DNA of 64,000 bases from Octopus sinensis (taxonomy: Eukaryota). Shown here piece after piece: positions 12,480 to 25,920 of the stretch. The notes beneath the pieces are model-generated. The model had not been told where the DNA came from and did not search any database. It saw nothing but the letters and a program-made list of their open reading frames with translations. A program made the translations under genes and the position numbers. The DNA is taken from contig NC_043016.1 in assembly GCF_006345805.1 (NCBI RefSeq), forward strand, positions 31,062,001 to 31,126,000. Reading direction: 5' to 3'. Each line of letters starts with the position of its first letter. The first letter of the stretch is position 1.

Positions 12480-13998
12480 ACTTAATAGCACCACCTGATA
12501 GGATTATCTAAATCCTGTTTAAGTCAAGTTTTGTTTATGGTCCATTCAAGTAGTGAGTTCTTGTTGAGTGAGCTGTATCCAGTTATGGGTGGCTTATCTG
12601 GTATTCCTTGAGGAAATCTGTCCAGACTCTGTTTAAAGGTGATGGGATCTTTTTCCTCTTTGATCTCTTTTGGGACAATGTTAAACAGGGAAGGGCCTGT
12701 TGAAGAAAAGAAATTAAATTGCAGTTTACCTATATGCTGTGATCCTGAATTAGATCACAGCATATAGTGGTCCCACCCTTGGATGAACCTTGAAACTAAT
12801 GTTCAGGTCGTTTGGGCAAAGTTGGCGGTATATTCTCCACATCGTACAAATGATGTACCACTCACGGTGGCACTGGAGAGAGTAGAGTTTCATGGCTTTA
12901 AGGCGGTCCCAATAATCGAGAGCAGTCATGCCTTCAGTTTGTTTAGTGAGTGCCCTCTGGGGTGATTCAATCCTCGAGATGTTTTGTCTTGTATGGGGAG
13001 ACCACAGTGGGCAGCAGTATTTGAGGTGTGGCCGTACAAAGGAGGAGAAAAGTGGTATGATGTCACCTTGTTCTCTGGACCGGAAAATTCTTAAGATCCA
13101 GGAGCTCATCCTATGAGCTATATCAACCTTATTGTTGATGTGGGCACTCCAACTGAGATAGTCATCAACAATTACGCCCAGGTCTCTGATATTGTTAGAG
13201 GCTGTGAGCGGTTCCCCTGAAGGAGGAGAGTATGGCTGTTTTAGTGAGGAATTTCTTCCAAAATGCATCAGCTCAAATTTTCCCTCGTTCAGTTGCATTT
13301 CGTTTTTGTCTGCCCATTGCCTCACAGCATATAGATCAGACTGAAGTTGAGTTTGGTCTGCTTCGTCATTGACGATTTGCTGGAGCTTAGTGTCATCAGC
13401 AAATATTTTCACTTTGCAGTAATGTACGACACTGGAAAGGTCGTTTATGTAAATTATGAAGAGTAGCGGACCCAAGACAGTCTCCTGGGGGACACCGCTG
13501 GTGACTTTTGCTGGGCTTGAGTGGCCTCCATCGATTACATGTTGTGTTCTATTCGTCAGGAAATACTTAATCCAGTGTAGAAGTTTTCCACGAATTCCAA
13601 CATTTGCCAATTTTGAGAGTAGGATATTATGGTCTACCCTGTCGAACGCTTTACTGAAGTCAAGATATATGACATCAGAGTTTGAACCTCTTCCCAAGAC
13701 TTTAAGTTTACCTCAATGTGGTGTAAGAGCTGTATTAGACAGTCTCTGCCACAGCGAAAGCCATGCTGATTTGCATTTAGGAGTTTGTGGGTCTCCAGGA
13801 AGTCAGCTATCCTTGATCTTAACACTCTTTCAAACACTTTAATGATGTGGGAGGTGAGTGAGATTGGGCGATAGTTGAGTGCGAGGTATCTGTTTCCCTG
13901 TTTGAAAACCAGGATGACAGACTGGGATAGAAGCTGTTTCGGTATATGGCCTGAGTCTAACGAATTTCTCCAGAGGTTGGTCAGAGGACTGCAAGTTG
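12480..13998 (-). mobile_element. CR1-clade LINE fragment (reverse transcriptase)
   Basis: ORF 12750..13697: DVIYLDFSKAFDRVDH, SGVPQ.TVLGPLLF, FADD, RDLGV, RPHL.YC..LWSP. Confidence 0.92.
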
Positions 13999-14049
13999 GT
14001 GTCTACATTCCTTCATGGTGTCTACATGTATATATGTATATATATATAT

Positions 14050-14102
<53 letters not shown>

Positions 14103-14540
14103 TATACATACACACACACAGACATATATATATAAATTGTCTAGTTCAGTAAGATGCCATCATGTAAATATACTTTTCGATAGTCTTGTCTTCCTTGTTG
14201 CTCCCGAAGATAACCTTATATTCATTGATTAAAGTCTTATCACACAGCCACTTCTCTATTCCCTAAATTTTGTCTTTCTCATAGTTTTCAAACCTTTTTT
14301 TGGTCGCTCATGAAACCACGATTAGCAGACCCTCTTCCTACTTAGAGGTGCATCCCCTCCACCTGTACCGGAAGTTCCTATCCTTTGCCATCTTTGGGTT
14401 GCCTCCCATGAACACTGCAAAAGTCCTTTTGCCATCCCCATCTCCAGTCTCGGTCTATCTCCTATGTAAGGTAATGTTCATATAGTGCAAAATATGAAAG
14501 GGTAGTGTTATGCAGGTTGAACTGAAGGCTACTGTATTGC

Positions 14541-17500
14541 TTGCTCATGAATTCTGCCAAATGCGAGTTTTCTTTTCAGGTACATGAAGTTATTGTTCAC
14601 CATCCCAGGGTCTCTAGGGCCCATACCTCCCACACCCTCAGGGTTAGCACCCTCAACGTTAGCACACTGCAAGGTAGGTCTGGTGAGATTGTTGAGATGC
14701 TTGAACGGAGATGTGTTGATATATGTTGCATCCAAGATTTGAGGTGGAGAGGAGGTTCTGCTAGGTTCCTCACAGGCAAAGAATACAGGTATAAGATTTT
14801 CTGGGCAGGGAACACTGATGGGGTTGGGGGTGTGGGTATACTTCTCACTGAAAAATGGGTAGATAAGGTAATTGAGGTAATCAGAGTATGCGACAATACT
14901 TACAATTAGATTAGTGCTTCATCATGGATTAGTAACCATTATATCGGCCTATGCCCCTCAGCCGTGGCTACCCGATGGACAGAAAGACCGATTCTATGAC
15001 ACCCTACTGCAGACTACCTCGTTGACGAACGACAGAGACCTCTTTGTGGCAGGTGACTTCAATGGGCATGTTGGACAACATGCTGGGGGCTTCCATGGTG
15101 TGCATGGAGGCTATGGTTATGGTTCCTGCAACGAGGAGGGAACCAGGCTGCTGGAGTTCTGCGATGCAAATGATCTTATGGTTTGCAATACTAACTTCAG
15201 GAAACCTACCAGCCACCTAGTCGTCAACTGATCAGGCCAACATACTAGCCAAATAGACTACATCCTTGCCAAGAAAAGGGAAAGATGGCTGCTTATAAAT
15301 GCCAAAACCTTCCCAGGCGAAGAATTTTCCCCACAACATAGACTGGTAGTTAGTGACTTTAGGATCAGGAATAAGAGGACAACCAGAAGATGACCAACAT
15401 GGAGAAGGATCTTTAAGCTTAAAGATCCTGCGAATGGACAGAGATTTAGGGCCATATTACTTGAAAGAAGACAACTGGAGGTTTCTAAGGGACATCCTGC
15501 TGAGAGCCACTGACCAGATCTGTGGATGGTGCAAAGTCTCCTCTCAACCCAAAATAACATGGTGGAACAATGTTGTGGATAGGGCTATTAGAGAAAAGAG
15601 ACAGGCTTCGAAGGACTGGAAGAATGGTGGTAGCTGGGAATCGTATCAGAGTGCCAAAAGAGAAGCTAGGAGACAGGTTTATTTAGCCAGGGGGAAGCAG
15701 GTAAGAAGAAATTTGCCAATGTTCTGTGCCATGAGGACCAAAGAGTTGAGATATTTCATGTTGCAAGACAGTGTGAGAGAGAATTGTCATGTTGTAGGAG
15801 AGAAATGTGTCCGCATGGATGATGGTTCTCTTGCACTAAATGAGGATGCAAGGAGAGAGGTTTGGAGACGCCACTATAAAAGGTTGCTGAACAAAGAAAA
15901 TGAATGGGAGAAAGAGTCTGCCGATTGTCAACCCAACAGAGGGACCAGCTATCCGAGTTGACAGTACCTTGGTAGTTAAAGCAATTAAGAGTATGAAGAC
16001 AGAGAAAGCCCCCAGCCCATCAGGAATTACAGCAGAGATGCTCAAAATATCTGGCAGTGTCGGCATTAGCCTGGTCATCAGTATAGTTAACCAGGTGATA
16101 CATGGAGTCATACCCAATGATTGGTGTAGCAGCACTATAGTCAACTGCTACAAAGGAAAAGGTGACGCTTTAGATACAAATAATTACAGAGGTATCAAGC
16201 TGTTAGATCAGGTAATGAAGGTTGCGGAGAGGGTCATAGCCCAACTAATTAGGGAAAGAGTCAGTTTGGATGAGATGCAGTTTGGTTTTGTGCCAGCGAA
16301 AAGCACCATGATGCTATATTTTTGGTTAGACAGCTGCAGGAGAAATACCTAGCTAAAGATAAGCCCCTGTACCTGGCTTTTGTTGATATGGAGAAAGCCT
16401 TCAACAGGGTCCCCCGATCCCTTATCTGTTGGTCAATGAGGAAACTAGGGATAGATGAATGGTTAGTGAGAGCCGTGCAAGCCATGTACAGGGACACTGT
16501 CAGTAAGGTGAGGTTTGGCAACGAGTACAGTGAAGAATTCCGGGTAGAGGTAGGGGTCCACCAAGGTTTAGTCCTCAGCCCCCTCCTATTTATCATAACG
16601 GTGGAATTCAAGACAGGATGCCCCTGGGAGCTCCTCTATGCTGATGACCTTGCTCTAATTGCTGAGTCACTAACAGAACTAGAGAAGTTTCAATTGTGGA
16701 AACAAGGATTAGAATTGAAGGACCTAGCTAAAACCAAAGTCCTAATAAGTAGGAAGGTAGACAAATCACAAACGCCTTCAGGTTGATGGCCCTGTTCGAT
16801 CTGTAGAAAAGGCGTAGGTAGAAACTCCATAAGATGTACCCAATGTAAGCTATGGACACATAAGAGGTGCAGCAATATCAAAGGAAAGCTAACTGGGAGT
16901 ATAGTTTTCGTATGTGGCAGATGCTTGGGCGCTATAAATAACACTGAAAATGTCCAGAGAACAACTTCTGCTACATTCCAGGGAGAAAAACTACTCGTAG
17001 TTGATAGCTTCTGTTACCTAGGTGACCAAGTCAGTAGCGGGGGAGGGTGCACTGAAAGTGTAGCTGCTAGAATAAGAATAGCCTGGGCTATGTTCAGAGA
17101 GCTCTTACTTCTGCTGGTGACAAAGTGCCTCTCGCTCAGAGTAAAAGGTAGACTACGACGCATGTGTACGAACAGCCATGCTACATGGCAGTGAAACATG
17201 GGCCGTGACTGCTGAGGATATGCGTAAGCTTGCAGGGAATGAAGCCAGCATGCTCTGATGGATGTGTAATGTCAGTGTGCATACTCGACAGAGTGTTAGT
17301 GCCCTGAGTGAAAGATTGGACCTAAGAAGCATCAGATGTGGTGTGCAAGAAAGACAATTGCGCTGGGATGGTCATGTGGCGAGAATGGATGTCGATAGCT
17401 GTGTAAAAAAGTTCCACACCCTAGCAGTTGAGGGAACCTGTGGAAGAGGTAGACCCAGGAAGACCTGGGATGAGGTGGTGAAGCATGACCTTCAAACATT

Positions 17501-18074
17501 GGGCCTCACCGAGGCAATGACTAGTGACCGGGATCTCTGGATATATGCTGTGCTGCAGAAGACCCGGCAAGCGCAAGTGTGACCATAACCTTGTGGCCTA
17601 TGCTAGGGGTGTAACCAGTCCAGTGTAACCTTTTCTTCATTGGACACTAAACTCTGTCTGCGAAGAATAGTTGAGGCAAGTGAAATCATTGCCAGAGCAA
17701 CAAGCTGGCCTCTGTGCTGATGGCACGTTAAGCACACCATTCAAGTTTGATCATTACCGTGTTGCCTTACCAGCACTTGTGCTGATGGCATGTGAAATAT
17801 TCGAACGAGGTCGTTGCCAGTGCCGTTGGACTGGCTCTTGTGCAGGTAGCACATAAAAAGCACCATTTGGGCATGGCCGTTGCCAGTACCACCAAACTGG
17901 CCCTCGTACTGGTGGCACGTAAAAGCACCCACTACACTCTCAGAGTGGTTGGCGTTAGGAAGGGCATCTAACTGTTGAAACTCTGCCAGATCAGATTGGA
18001 GTCTGGTTCGCCAGACCTCAGTCAAATCGTCCAACCTATGCTAGCATGGAAAGCGGGCGTTAAATGATGATGAT
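14541..18074 (+). mobile_element. Near full-length RTE-clade LINE (APE + RT + PHD-type finger), frameshifted
   Basis: Endonuclease motifs (TLNV, ISAYAPQ, AGDFNGHVG), RT motifs (NYRGIKLL, QFGF, AFVDMEKAF, YADD, FCYLG), RGRPRKTW C-terminus, (GAT)n tail. 5' UTR may extend to ~14230. Confidence 0.95.
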
Positions 18075-18105
18075 ATATATATATACACACATATATATAT
18101 ATATA

Positions 18106-18269
18106 CGGAGTGGTTGGCGTTAGGAAGGACATCCAGCTGTAGAAACATTGCCAGATAAGACTGGAGCCTGGTGCAGCCTTCTGGCTTCCCAGATCCCCGG
18201 TCGAACCGTCCAACCCATGCTAGCATGGAAAACGGACGTTAAACGATGATGATGATGATGATGATGATG
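18106..18269 (+). mobile_element. Young RTE 3'-tail copy inserted in (TA)n
   Basis: Only about 3 visible differences from 9287-9440; ends in (GAT)n. Confidence 0.88.
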
Positions 18270-18289
18270 GTCCGTTATTGCTGTGATCA

Positions 18290-19140
18290 GATCTCTAATA
18301 TCCAACCCTGAGTCCCGAGATATAGTATCTGGAAATGTCAGTTTCCTGGATAAAACACTTCCAGAGGGATGCTATAGGAGAAGGGATGAGGTAACCTCTT
18401 CCTTTGCTCAATGACAGTGGCCAGCAAATTGTAGCCATTTTTGCTTTAGCTTGAGGGATATTGGTATCAGATTTCCATAGATGTTTCTAAGTGTTGGGTG
18501 TGATCTCCAGCTGATGTTCTATATCTTTCTGAGCAGGTTGGTATATGTTTCATCTAGTTGTTTTTCTAAGAGAGCCGATAAGGTCCAGGTATCTGATCTA
18601 TTTTAACTTTTAATGTGGGTGGAAGGTTTGAGTGCCAGGGCTTATCAAGTCTGTTACATGCATCTCAAGCAAGAGCTTTGCGGATGCGAAAGTCTTTTTG
18701 GGAGTCTACTATGTGTGATCCAAGATATTTGAAGTCGTCAACGTTTTTGATTGATATATTATTGAGCAATTTAAGTTCAGTTAACTTGGATGGGGTTGTG
18801 ATAAACTCTGTCTTACTCTCATTGCAGTAAAGGCCAACCTGGTTTGCTGCTTTCTCCAATGCTTGTAACAATGATTCTGCATTTTTAATACAATGGGATA
18901 TCAAGGCAAGATAAGTTAAATATTGTACACAATGCTGACTGCTTTGGCAGGGTTTTAAAAGGAGTCCCTTTTCTTCTATACCATCTAGGAAAATGCGTAG
19001 AACATAGTCGAGAGCAATAATGATAAAAAAAGGAGTGAGTGTGTTACCCTGCAGAACGCTTTATTCAACTTCAAAGAAATCAGTCTCTCCATCAGGAGAT
19101 ATAACTGTGGCAGTAGTGTTTGTGTACAATGTATTTGTAG
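18290..19140 (-). mobile_element. Degenerate LINE RT fragment of a different RTE-like family
   Basis: ORF 18665..18904 (GLYCNESKTE, VDDFKYLGS, DFRIRKALA) and a VLQG.TL.PF.FII.LDYVLR remnant near 19000-19060. Confidence 0.8.
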
Positions 19141-19472
19141 TGGCTTCATGCAGGCTTAGCATGGATTCAATCCTCGATTGCCAAATTTCCCTTAACATTT
19201 CAACAGTGTTTTTCTCACGGTAAAACAATAGTTTTTCTGTGAATGACAGCAGTTATACATTTCCCAGATGCCTTCACTAAGCAGAATAATGTCTTTGCCT
19301 CTTGCCAACCTCCAACAATTTCTCCCTCCTCTAGCTGACAGATTTTTGTACTTTTGTGTGACAGAAAATACACCTTTTTGTGGCAGTTATAATGAAATTG
19401 CTTTTGTATATCAGAGTAATAAGGCATTTCAATAGAACATCTTTAGCCCCCGGGAATTACCAGGTACACCAG

Positions 19473-19514
<42 letters not shown>

Positions 19515-19639
19515 TATATATGTACATACACACACGTATATTTATGTATTTATGTGTGTGTGTATGCGCACATACACTTTTACTTATCTCATCCAGAATC
19601 ACTGACCATGCTGGGGCATTGCATATAATGTTATTGGTT

Positions 19640-20200
19640 TTTATTTCATGCTAACTTCTCAGCTTTGTCTCTGGAACTGTTTCCAGTGAGATAGCGAGGT
19701 GGACAGAGCTACTCTTCATTGTGTTTCTGCTGCAATATGGGTTTATCCGGTACCTCAGATAAAGATTTGCTTGAACATTCTTTGAAGACTTCCACATTTA
19801 CACATCTTAGATCACTAAGTTTGACTGGTGGGGTATTGAAAAGTTACAGGCCTTTGAAACCTAAACTGTTACAGTACTCTAGATGGGGAGAGTACAGGAT
19901 CTTTTGTATAATGCAGTGGCATCCTGTTTTCGTGGTTGGTATAGTTTGCAATCCCAACGTTAGGAGCTAGTCCTTCCAGGATCTTACATATATCACCTAA
20001 TATCTTTTATTGTCTTGTCTATAAGGAGTAGAGTCTCAATTTTTTTGTCTTCTCCAGTAGTTCATCTGTTGCACCAAGTCAATCTTCTTTGTGTAGTGGC
20101 ATTGGTTTGCCTTGAGTTCTGCTGTCAGTTTGACACTTTGTCTTGTGAAGTAATCTAGACAACTGAGAATAAATGTTCTCCCTAGGTGCATCTAGGTAAC
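19640..20200 (-). mobile_element. Old CR1-like LINE relic
   Basis: - strand PHLEYC-like motif near 19870-19890; heavily decayed. Confidence 0.45.
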
Positions 20201-20279
20201 TGGTAACAAATATTCTCCATAGGTGCATCCTTACATGCATGCATGCATATTTTTTATAAGAAACAATGCTAGTGGCTGG

Positions 20280-21385
20280 CGGGGAGCTGTCCAGGTTACA
20301 GCTGCCTGTTGTGGCATGGTTTCTATGGCTGGATGCCCTTCCTAACACCAACCACTTAACAGTGTGCTGGATGCTTTTTATATGCCACTGGCATGGGTGC
20401 ATTCATGCAATACCTGCACAGGCATGTTAATGCAGCACCAGCACAGGTGGTTTTTAAGTCGCACCGCACCTGAAAGGACAAATCTGTATGTGTGGAAGGC
20501 AACGATTTTACTTAACTTGACATATCTTATGAAGTACAGCAAATCACTACATTTCTCGGCCCCTTGTCATTTCCTCAGGGAGGTCCAGTGTCCAAAAATA
20601 CTTTCTCACCACTTCATCCCACATCTTCTTGGGTCTATCCCTTCCACAGGTACCCTCTACAATTAGAGATCAGCGCTTCTTTACACAGCTGCCCTCATCC
20701 ATATGCATCATATGACCAAACCAGCACAGTCTTCTCTCCTGCACACAACATCTGATGTCTCCTGTACCCATTTTTCCTCTTAAATCATTTTACACTCTGT
20801 CATGCTTGGACACCAATACTACCCATCTAGTGGAGCATGCTAACTTCATTTCTTTTAAGCCTTTGCAAGTCCTCTGTAGTCAAAGTCCATGTTTTACTGT
20901 CATACACAGGCATCATACAATCTGCCTTTCACTCTGAGGGAAAGGCTCTTAGTTACCAATAAAGGTAGAAGCTCTCTGAACTTTGCCCATCCTGTTCTAT
21001 ACTTTCAGAGCTTCCTCCACCACTGCTAACTTTGTCTCCTAGGTAATAGAAGTTCTCTACCACTTCTAATGATCCCCACAAGCATTTGTGGGAGTCTATT
21101 GCCTGCACATTTTTAGTGCTTATTGTACCTGCACATTTGCCATATACATGATAATTTCTCTGTTAACCTTTCTATGATACCACTATACCACTTCCAAAGC
21201 TTGCACTGGATACAACATATGGAGTTTTTATCAGCACTCTTCTTATGTATTGAGAGGGCCATCTCCCAGAAGGGACTTGTGGTTTGTCTGTTTGCCTACT
21301 TGTACTTTGGATATTTGTTGAATTAACTCTAAGGCCCTTAGATTCCAGGCCTTGTTTCCACACTTGAAATTTCTTCTCTAGGTTA
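20280..21385 (-). mobile_element. Older diverged copy of the PHD-RTE LINE (3' part)
   Basis: WKQGLESKGLRVN..PSGRWP and tail motif ggatgcccttcctaac. Confidence 0.8.
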
Positions 21386-23074
21386 GGCTATATGACCTCT
21401 ATTATTTAGATACTCAAGTATTAAACAAGTAGATATTAGATAATTAAGTAGTTAACAAATATGATGAAGTTAGTGGTAAGGTTACTAATAAATGTGGTAC
21501 TATAATAGAATTGGTAATCACACAAATTAAGATGGTAAGTGCATTAAATTTATGATCTAAGAGATATAGTAGCTATGATTGCATTTCAGTTTGGAAATCA
21601 TAGCTGAGTATGAGGGAAAAATGAATAAAATAAGTAAGTAAAAGTAGAAAAATAAAAATAATATTGTCTAAAGAGTGCTAGTTTCCTTATCATAGTGTAT
21701 CTGTGCTGCCCCACAATAGTTAAGCTTCTTAGATTATGCAGGAAAGACAGGCAGTAACATAAGTGGACTTTTAATAATTATCTCATCACGTTGGTTAGTG
21801 AGATTCAATTTATACTTAATTCATAGATTTCAGACATGCACAAATTACATTTATCATTTCCATCCTTATAAAGTTGCACTGTGTGTGTATAATTTACCAA
21901 GCAATTTCATAGGCATATCTTCATCAACAGCCATCCATAGGAATTTTGGCTAATTATATGAAATCTTATTTCTAATTCTGAAGCTATTTTTGTGGTTGTA
22001 CAATCTAGATTTAAATTAGTTAGATGTAGCACGAATATATACATGCACTTTACTAAGTGCATATACAAAACATAGACAATGTTTTTTCTAAGCAATGATC
22101 ACCAAGGAATAAAGGGACCACTTTCTATGGTTGTAAGATTTATTCACTATTTAACCTATAGCACACTGATTTACCCCAAGAATAGTTTCTCCTGTCACTG
22201 CATTATTTTTGAGGGAACAAAAGACATGAGCACCTGTTTTAAAATTGTAACTTTTGTTGTATTGTGTGTACAGTCTTGATACTTTGTATATTAATAAAGA
22301 AATGAATGAATAATATTTTCATGTAATGCATTAAGGAATAGGCGTATGAAATGCTCCTCAGAAATGTACCTCTTTGGGGTCAGTATTTTCCTTAAATCAG
22401 CCAGCCATAGGTGATAGTATTCACTTGGTACATTTTCTCAATATGGCTGTAAGCACAGTCTATGTCCTCATCATTATGTTGAATAATTTTACCATTGATA
22501 TCTGCCTGAGTAAATCCTTCAAAATTGTCATCTGAGTTGGAATTTAACAAGATTTCTTCCAGAAAAGTTTCAAATGCAGAGGCGGCCATTTTCATTCCTT
22601 AAAAAGTCAAAAGAAACTGCGATTGGTTTAAAAGCTTGATTACCTTGTGGTTAGTATATAAACAATGAAAATAGCATCAGGAAACAAGTTCTGAATCAAA
22701 TAGCCAGTTTACTGCTTAAAGTACGGGAAATAAACTTAGCAATGTGTCAATTTTAAACACCCTTTTTAAGGTGACAAAATGCACCTGCAGCTAAAGGGGA
22801 GAAAATTTGTGAGTGACAAATTGATAGAATAGCGGGGAGAAGATTAATGTAGAAGGATTGCTAAGTATATTGTTATATATGTTACATATTATGTGAGTGT
22901 ACACACACACACACACATATAAATAGATGTGTGTATTTTCCCCTTTGTTTACAATTAACATGGAAAGAATAGATAAACAGTTACCAGGGTAGCAAAAAAT
23001 CATACAAGTAAAAAGGGCTTAACACCTTGTTTTTAAAGGTAGAAACTCCGGGTTGATCTGAAATATTTTGTATA

Positions 23075-24165
23075 ATATATATAAATAAATGGAGTTAAAC
23101 GTAGGTGTTATTCAAATTCTTTTACTTCTGACACATGTTTCGAAGATGTCATTGGTATTATTCCAAAGGAATAAAATGGTGTAAAACAATGTAATCTTTT
23201 CTTCAGGGAAATGAAGAAATAAAACTTGTCAATAAGACATTTTAACAGAATAAGATGGATATGTATAGTGATGGACTGAACACTATAATTTAGCTAATAC
23301 CATCCTTCCCCCTAGAAATATTAATAACAAGGTTATTGTCTTTGAAGTCAATTCCAATAGAATTTAGTTTATGTCAAGTAATTCTAAAATTAAAAACTCT
23401 ATGTACTAGTGTAAAATTACTTCAGGTACCGATGTCTTTTTTTATACAGGTAGTTCTTCTTCTCAGTTATCTAAAAGAATTTCCAATCATTACTCTACAT
23501 TTAGGAACAGGGATAAATGTAACATTACAGGGCTTAGTAAATTAATTTGGTATCTAAAAGACCATAATAAACAATTTAATTTAGATTGGTTGATTCTCTC
23601 CATTTTGTTCCCTTATGATAAAGGCAAGAAATTCTGTCTTCTCTGTAATTTTTATTCTTTCTTCTAAAAATCCCTTTGTAAATATGGTTATAGAGTGTGC
23701 TTACCAATGTAAACATTGGCAGAAACACATCCTTAGTTCATATAAGTGATATCTACCATTATATATAATTTAAACATTGATTTTCTTCTTGCATTTCACT
23801 TCTAATAGATATTTCTTGTTCCAAGACTTTAGGGTTTTATTTAATTTACCTATCATTCTATACTTCTCATTTATTTGGTTTCTGATATTTTTCTTTCCTT
23901 TACCCCTCTTTCTATAGGCTACCTTTGACGTTATATCCTCTAGCATTTTAAAAAATAAACTTCATAGCATTCAGTTCATCACTATACATATCCATCATAT
24001 TCTGTTAAAATGTCTAATTGACGAGTTTCCCTGAAGAGAAGATTACATTGTTTTACACTATTTTATTCCTTTGAAATAATACCAATGACATCTTCAAAAC
24101 GTGTTTCGGAAGTAAAAGAATTTGAATAACACCTGTGTTTAACTCCATTTATATATATATATATA
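23075..24165 (-). mobile_element. Penelope-like relic bounded by inverted terminal arms with hammerhead cores
   Basis: 23075-23212 is the reverse complement of 24025-24165; each arm has ttccCTGAAGA...(G/A)AAAC....(G/T)TC.gaa; degenerate VYIG-like internal sequence. Confidence 0.7.
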
Positions 24166-24447
24166 TATATACATACACACATATGTATGTTGATATATTT
24201 TTAATATATATGTATACTGGTAGATGGATAGATAGTTTGTGTATGTCTGTATATGTTTGTGTATGTGTTAATATTGGTCTTTCGTAGGTCTAAAAAAGCT
24301 TGTCCTTCTGGCCATACCCTGATTTATAATGTGAGCTTACACCCTTTTGTTACTATATTTCTAACCAAAATATACCCCATATGTGTTTCAATTATATTTA
24401 ATGTAATTTAAACAAATTTTCTTAGAAAACATGTATATGTATGTATC

Positions 24448-24840
24448 AGGCATGGCTGTATGGTAAGAAGCTTGCTTCCCAACCACATGGTTCCAGGTTT
24501 AGTCCCATTGTGTGGCACCTTGGACAACTATCTTCTACTATAGCCTTGGGTCGACCAAAGCTTTGTGAGTGGATTTAGTAGATGGAAACTCAAAAGAAGC
24601 CTGTCATATATATATATCTATGTGTGTCACTGTGTCTGTATTTGACTCCTCCCTCACCACTTAACAACTGGTGTTGGTGTGTTTACATCCCCATAACTTA
24701 GTGGTTCAGCAAAAGTAACCAATAGAACAAGTGCTAAGCTTTAATGAAATAAGTTCTGGGGTCGATTTGTTTGACTAAAACTCTTCAAAACAGTGCTCTA
24801 GCATGGCCAGGGTCAAATGACTGACACAAGTAAAAGAATA
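24448..24840 (+). mobile_element. SINE family A
   Basis: Full-length homology to 60792-61193. Confidence 0.85.
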
Positions 24841-25099
24841 TTAATGTGATTTTTGGAACACAATTTAACAATAGGTTTTTAGCCAAGTGTATTGCATAAT
24901 TTTTGTCTCAGAGTGACTAGTAATCATCATCATCATCATTTAATGTCCATTCTCCATGCTGGCATGGGTTGGATGGTTTGACAGGAGCTGGTAAGCTGAA
25001 GGGCTGCTCCAGGCACTATTTGTCTGTTTTGGCTAGTGCTCCAAGCACTATTTGTCTGTATTACTAATGTCACTTACATGTAGATCCATTGATAATTTT

Positions 25100-25920
25100 A
25101 AAACCTCAGTCCTTATTATAATACTGGAAACATACTGGTCTCCAAATGGTTCATTGTTATTTCAGTACTTCATAATTCTGAGTAGCTTTCTTATACCCAT
25201 AATAGTATTAATCACAAAAGTGGTTAGATTTTGTTTAAGTATGTTGGTGATCACAAGGTATCTTTTTTTATCTCTTTGTTTATATTTTGCATAGCAATTT
25301 ATTTCCACAGCAATTGTTTTGAACAAACTAAGAGAAAAAACATTTTTTTAGAATAGTTTAATGGTTTTGTTTCCTGAGAAAGACTGTGACTAGGTCCAGT
25401 CATTTATGAAAAATCATTAAAAAAAACAAAACAAAACAGATTCCTAACTTTTGTTCCATTCATGTGCAAATTAATTTTCTTTGTCACAATTGGAGTTGTC
25501 ATCAGAATCACTGGTTTCACTATCACACAGCTTTTGTGTTCACCATATATTTTGCTTGATTTTTCCATCTCTTCTGTTGAAAATCTTTCAAATCCTGATT
25601 CACTGCTAGACAACATGAAACTGGTATCCATTTTTCATCAGTATTGTAAGTTTTCAGAAAATCTAAAATGTAGAGAGGTAAAAAACACAAAAAAACACCC
25701 CTCCAAAAATTCACAAAGCTCAGATATCACTTCAAACAATGTTGGATATTGTAACTCAATTGTTTATGTAGTTAAGTCATGTGTTTTCATGACTATTACT
25801 GAGATTTGCACTGAAATTTTCATTTAAATACAAAAAGGTTATTTTGGGTGCTTTTGGTTTGTAACATAAAGTAAAAAAATTCTCAGGTGGCTTCAGGCAG
25901 GTTGATAACAAAAGAGTTAA
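25100..25920 (-). mobile_element. piggyBac-like relic
   Basis: Ends ...ataacaaaagag|ttaa (TTAA + TIR like the 50704 MITE); acidic SSSESGFERF peptide on - strand; left boundary uncertain. Confidence 0.4.
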
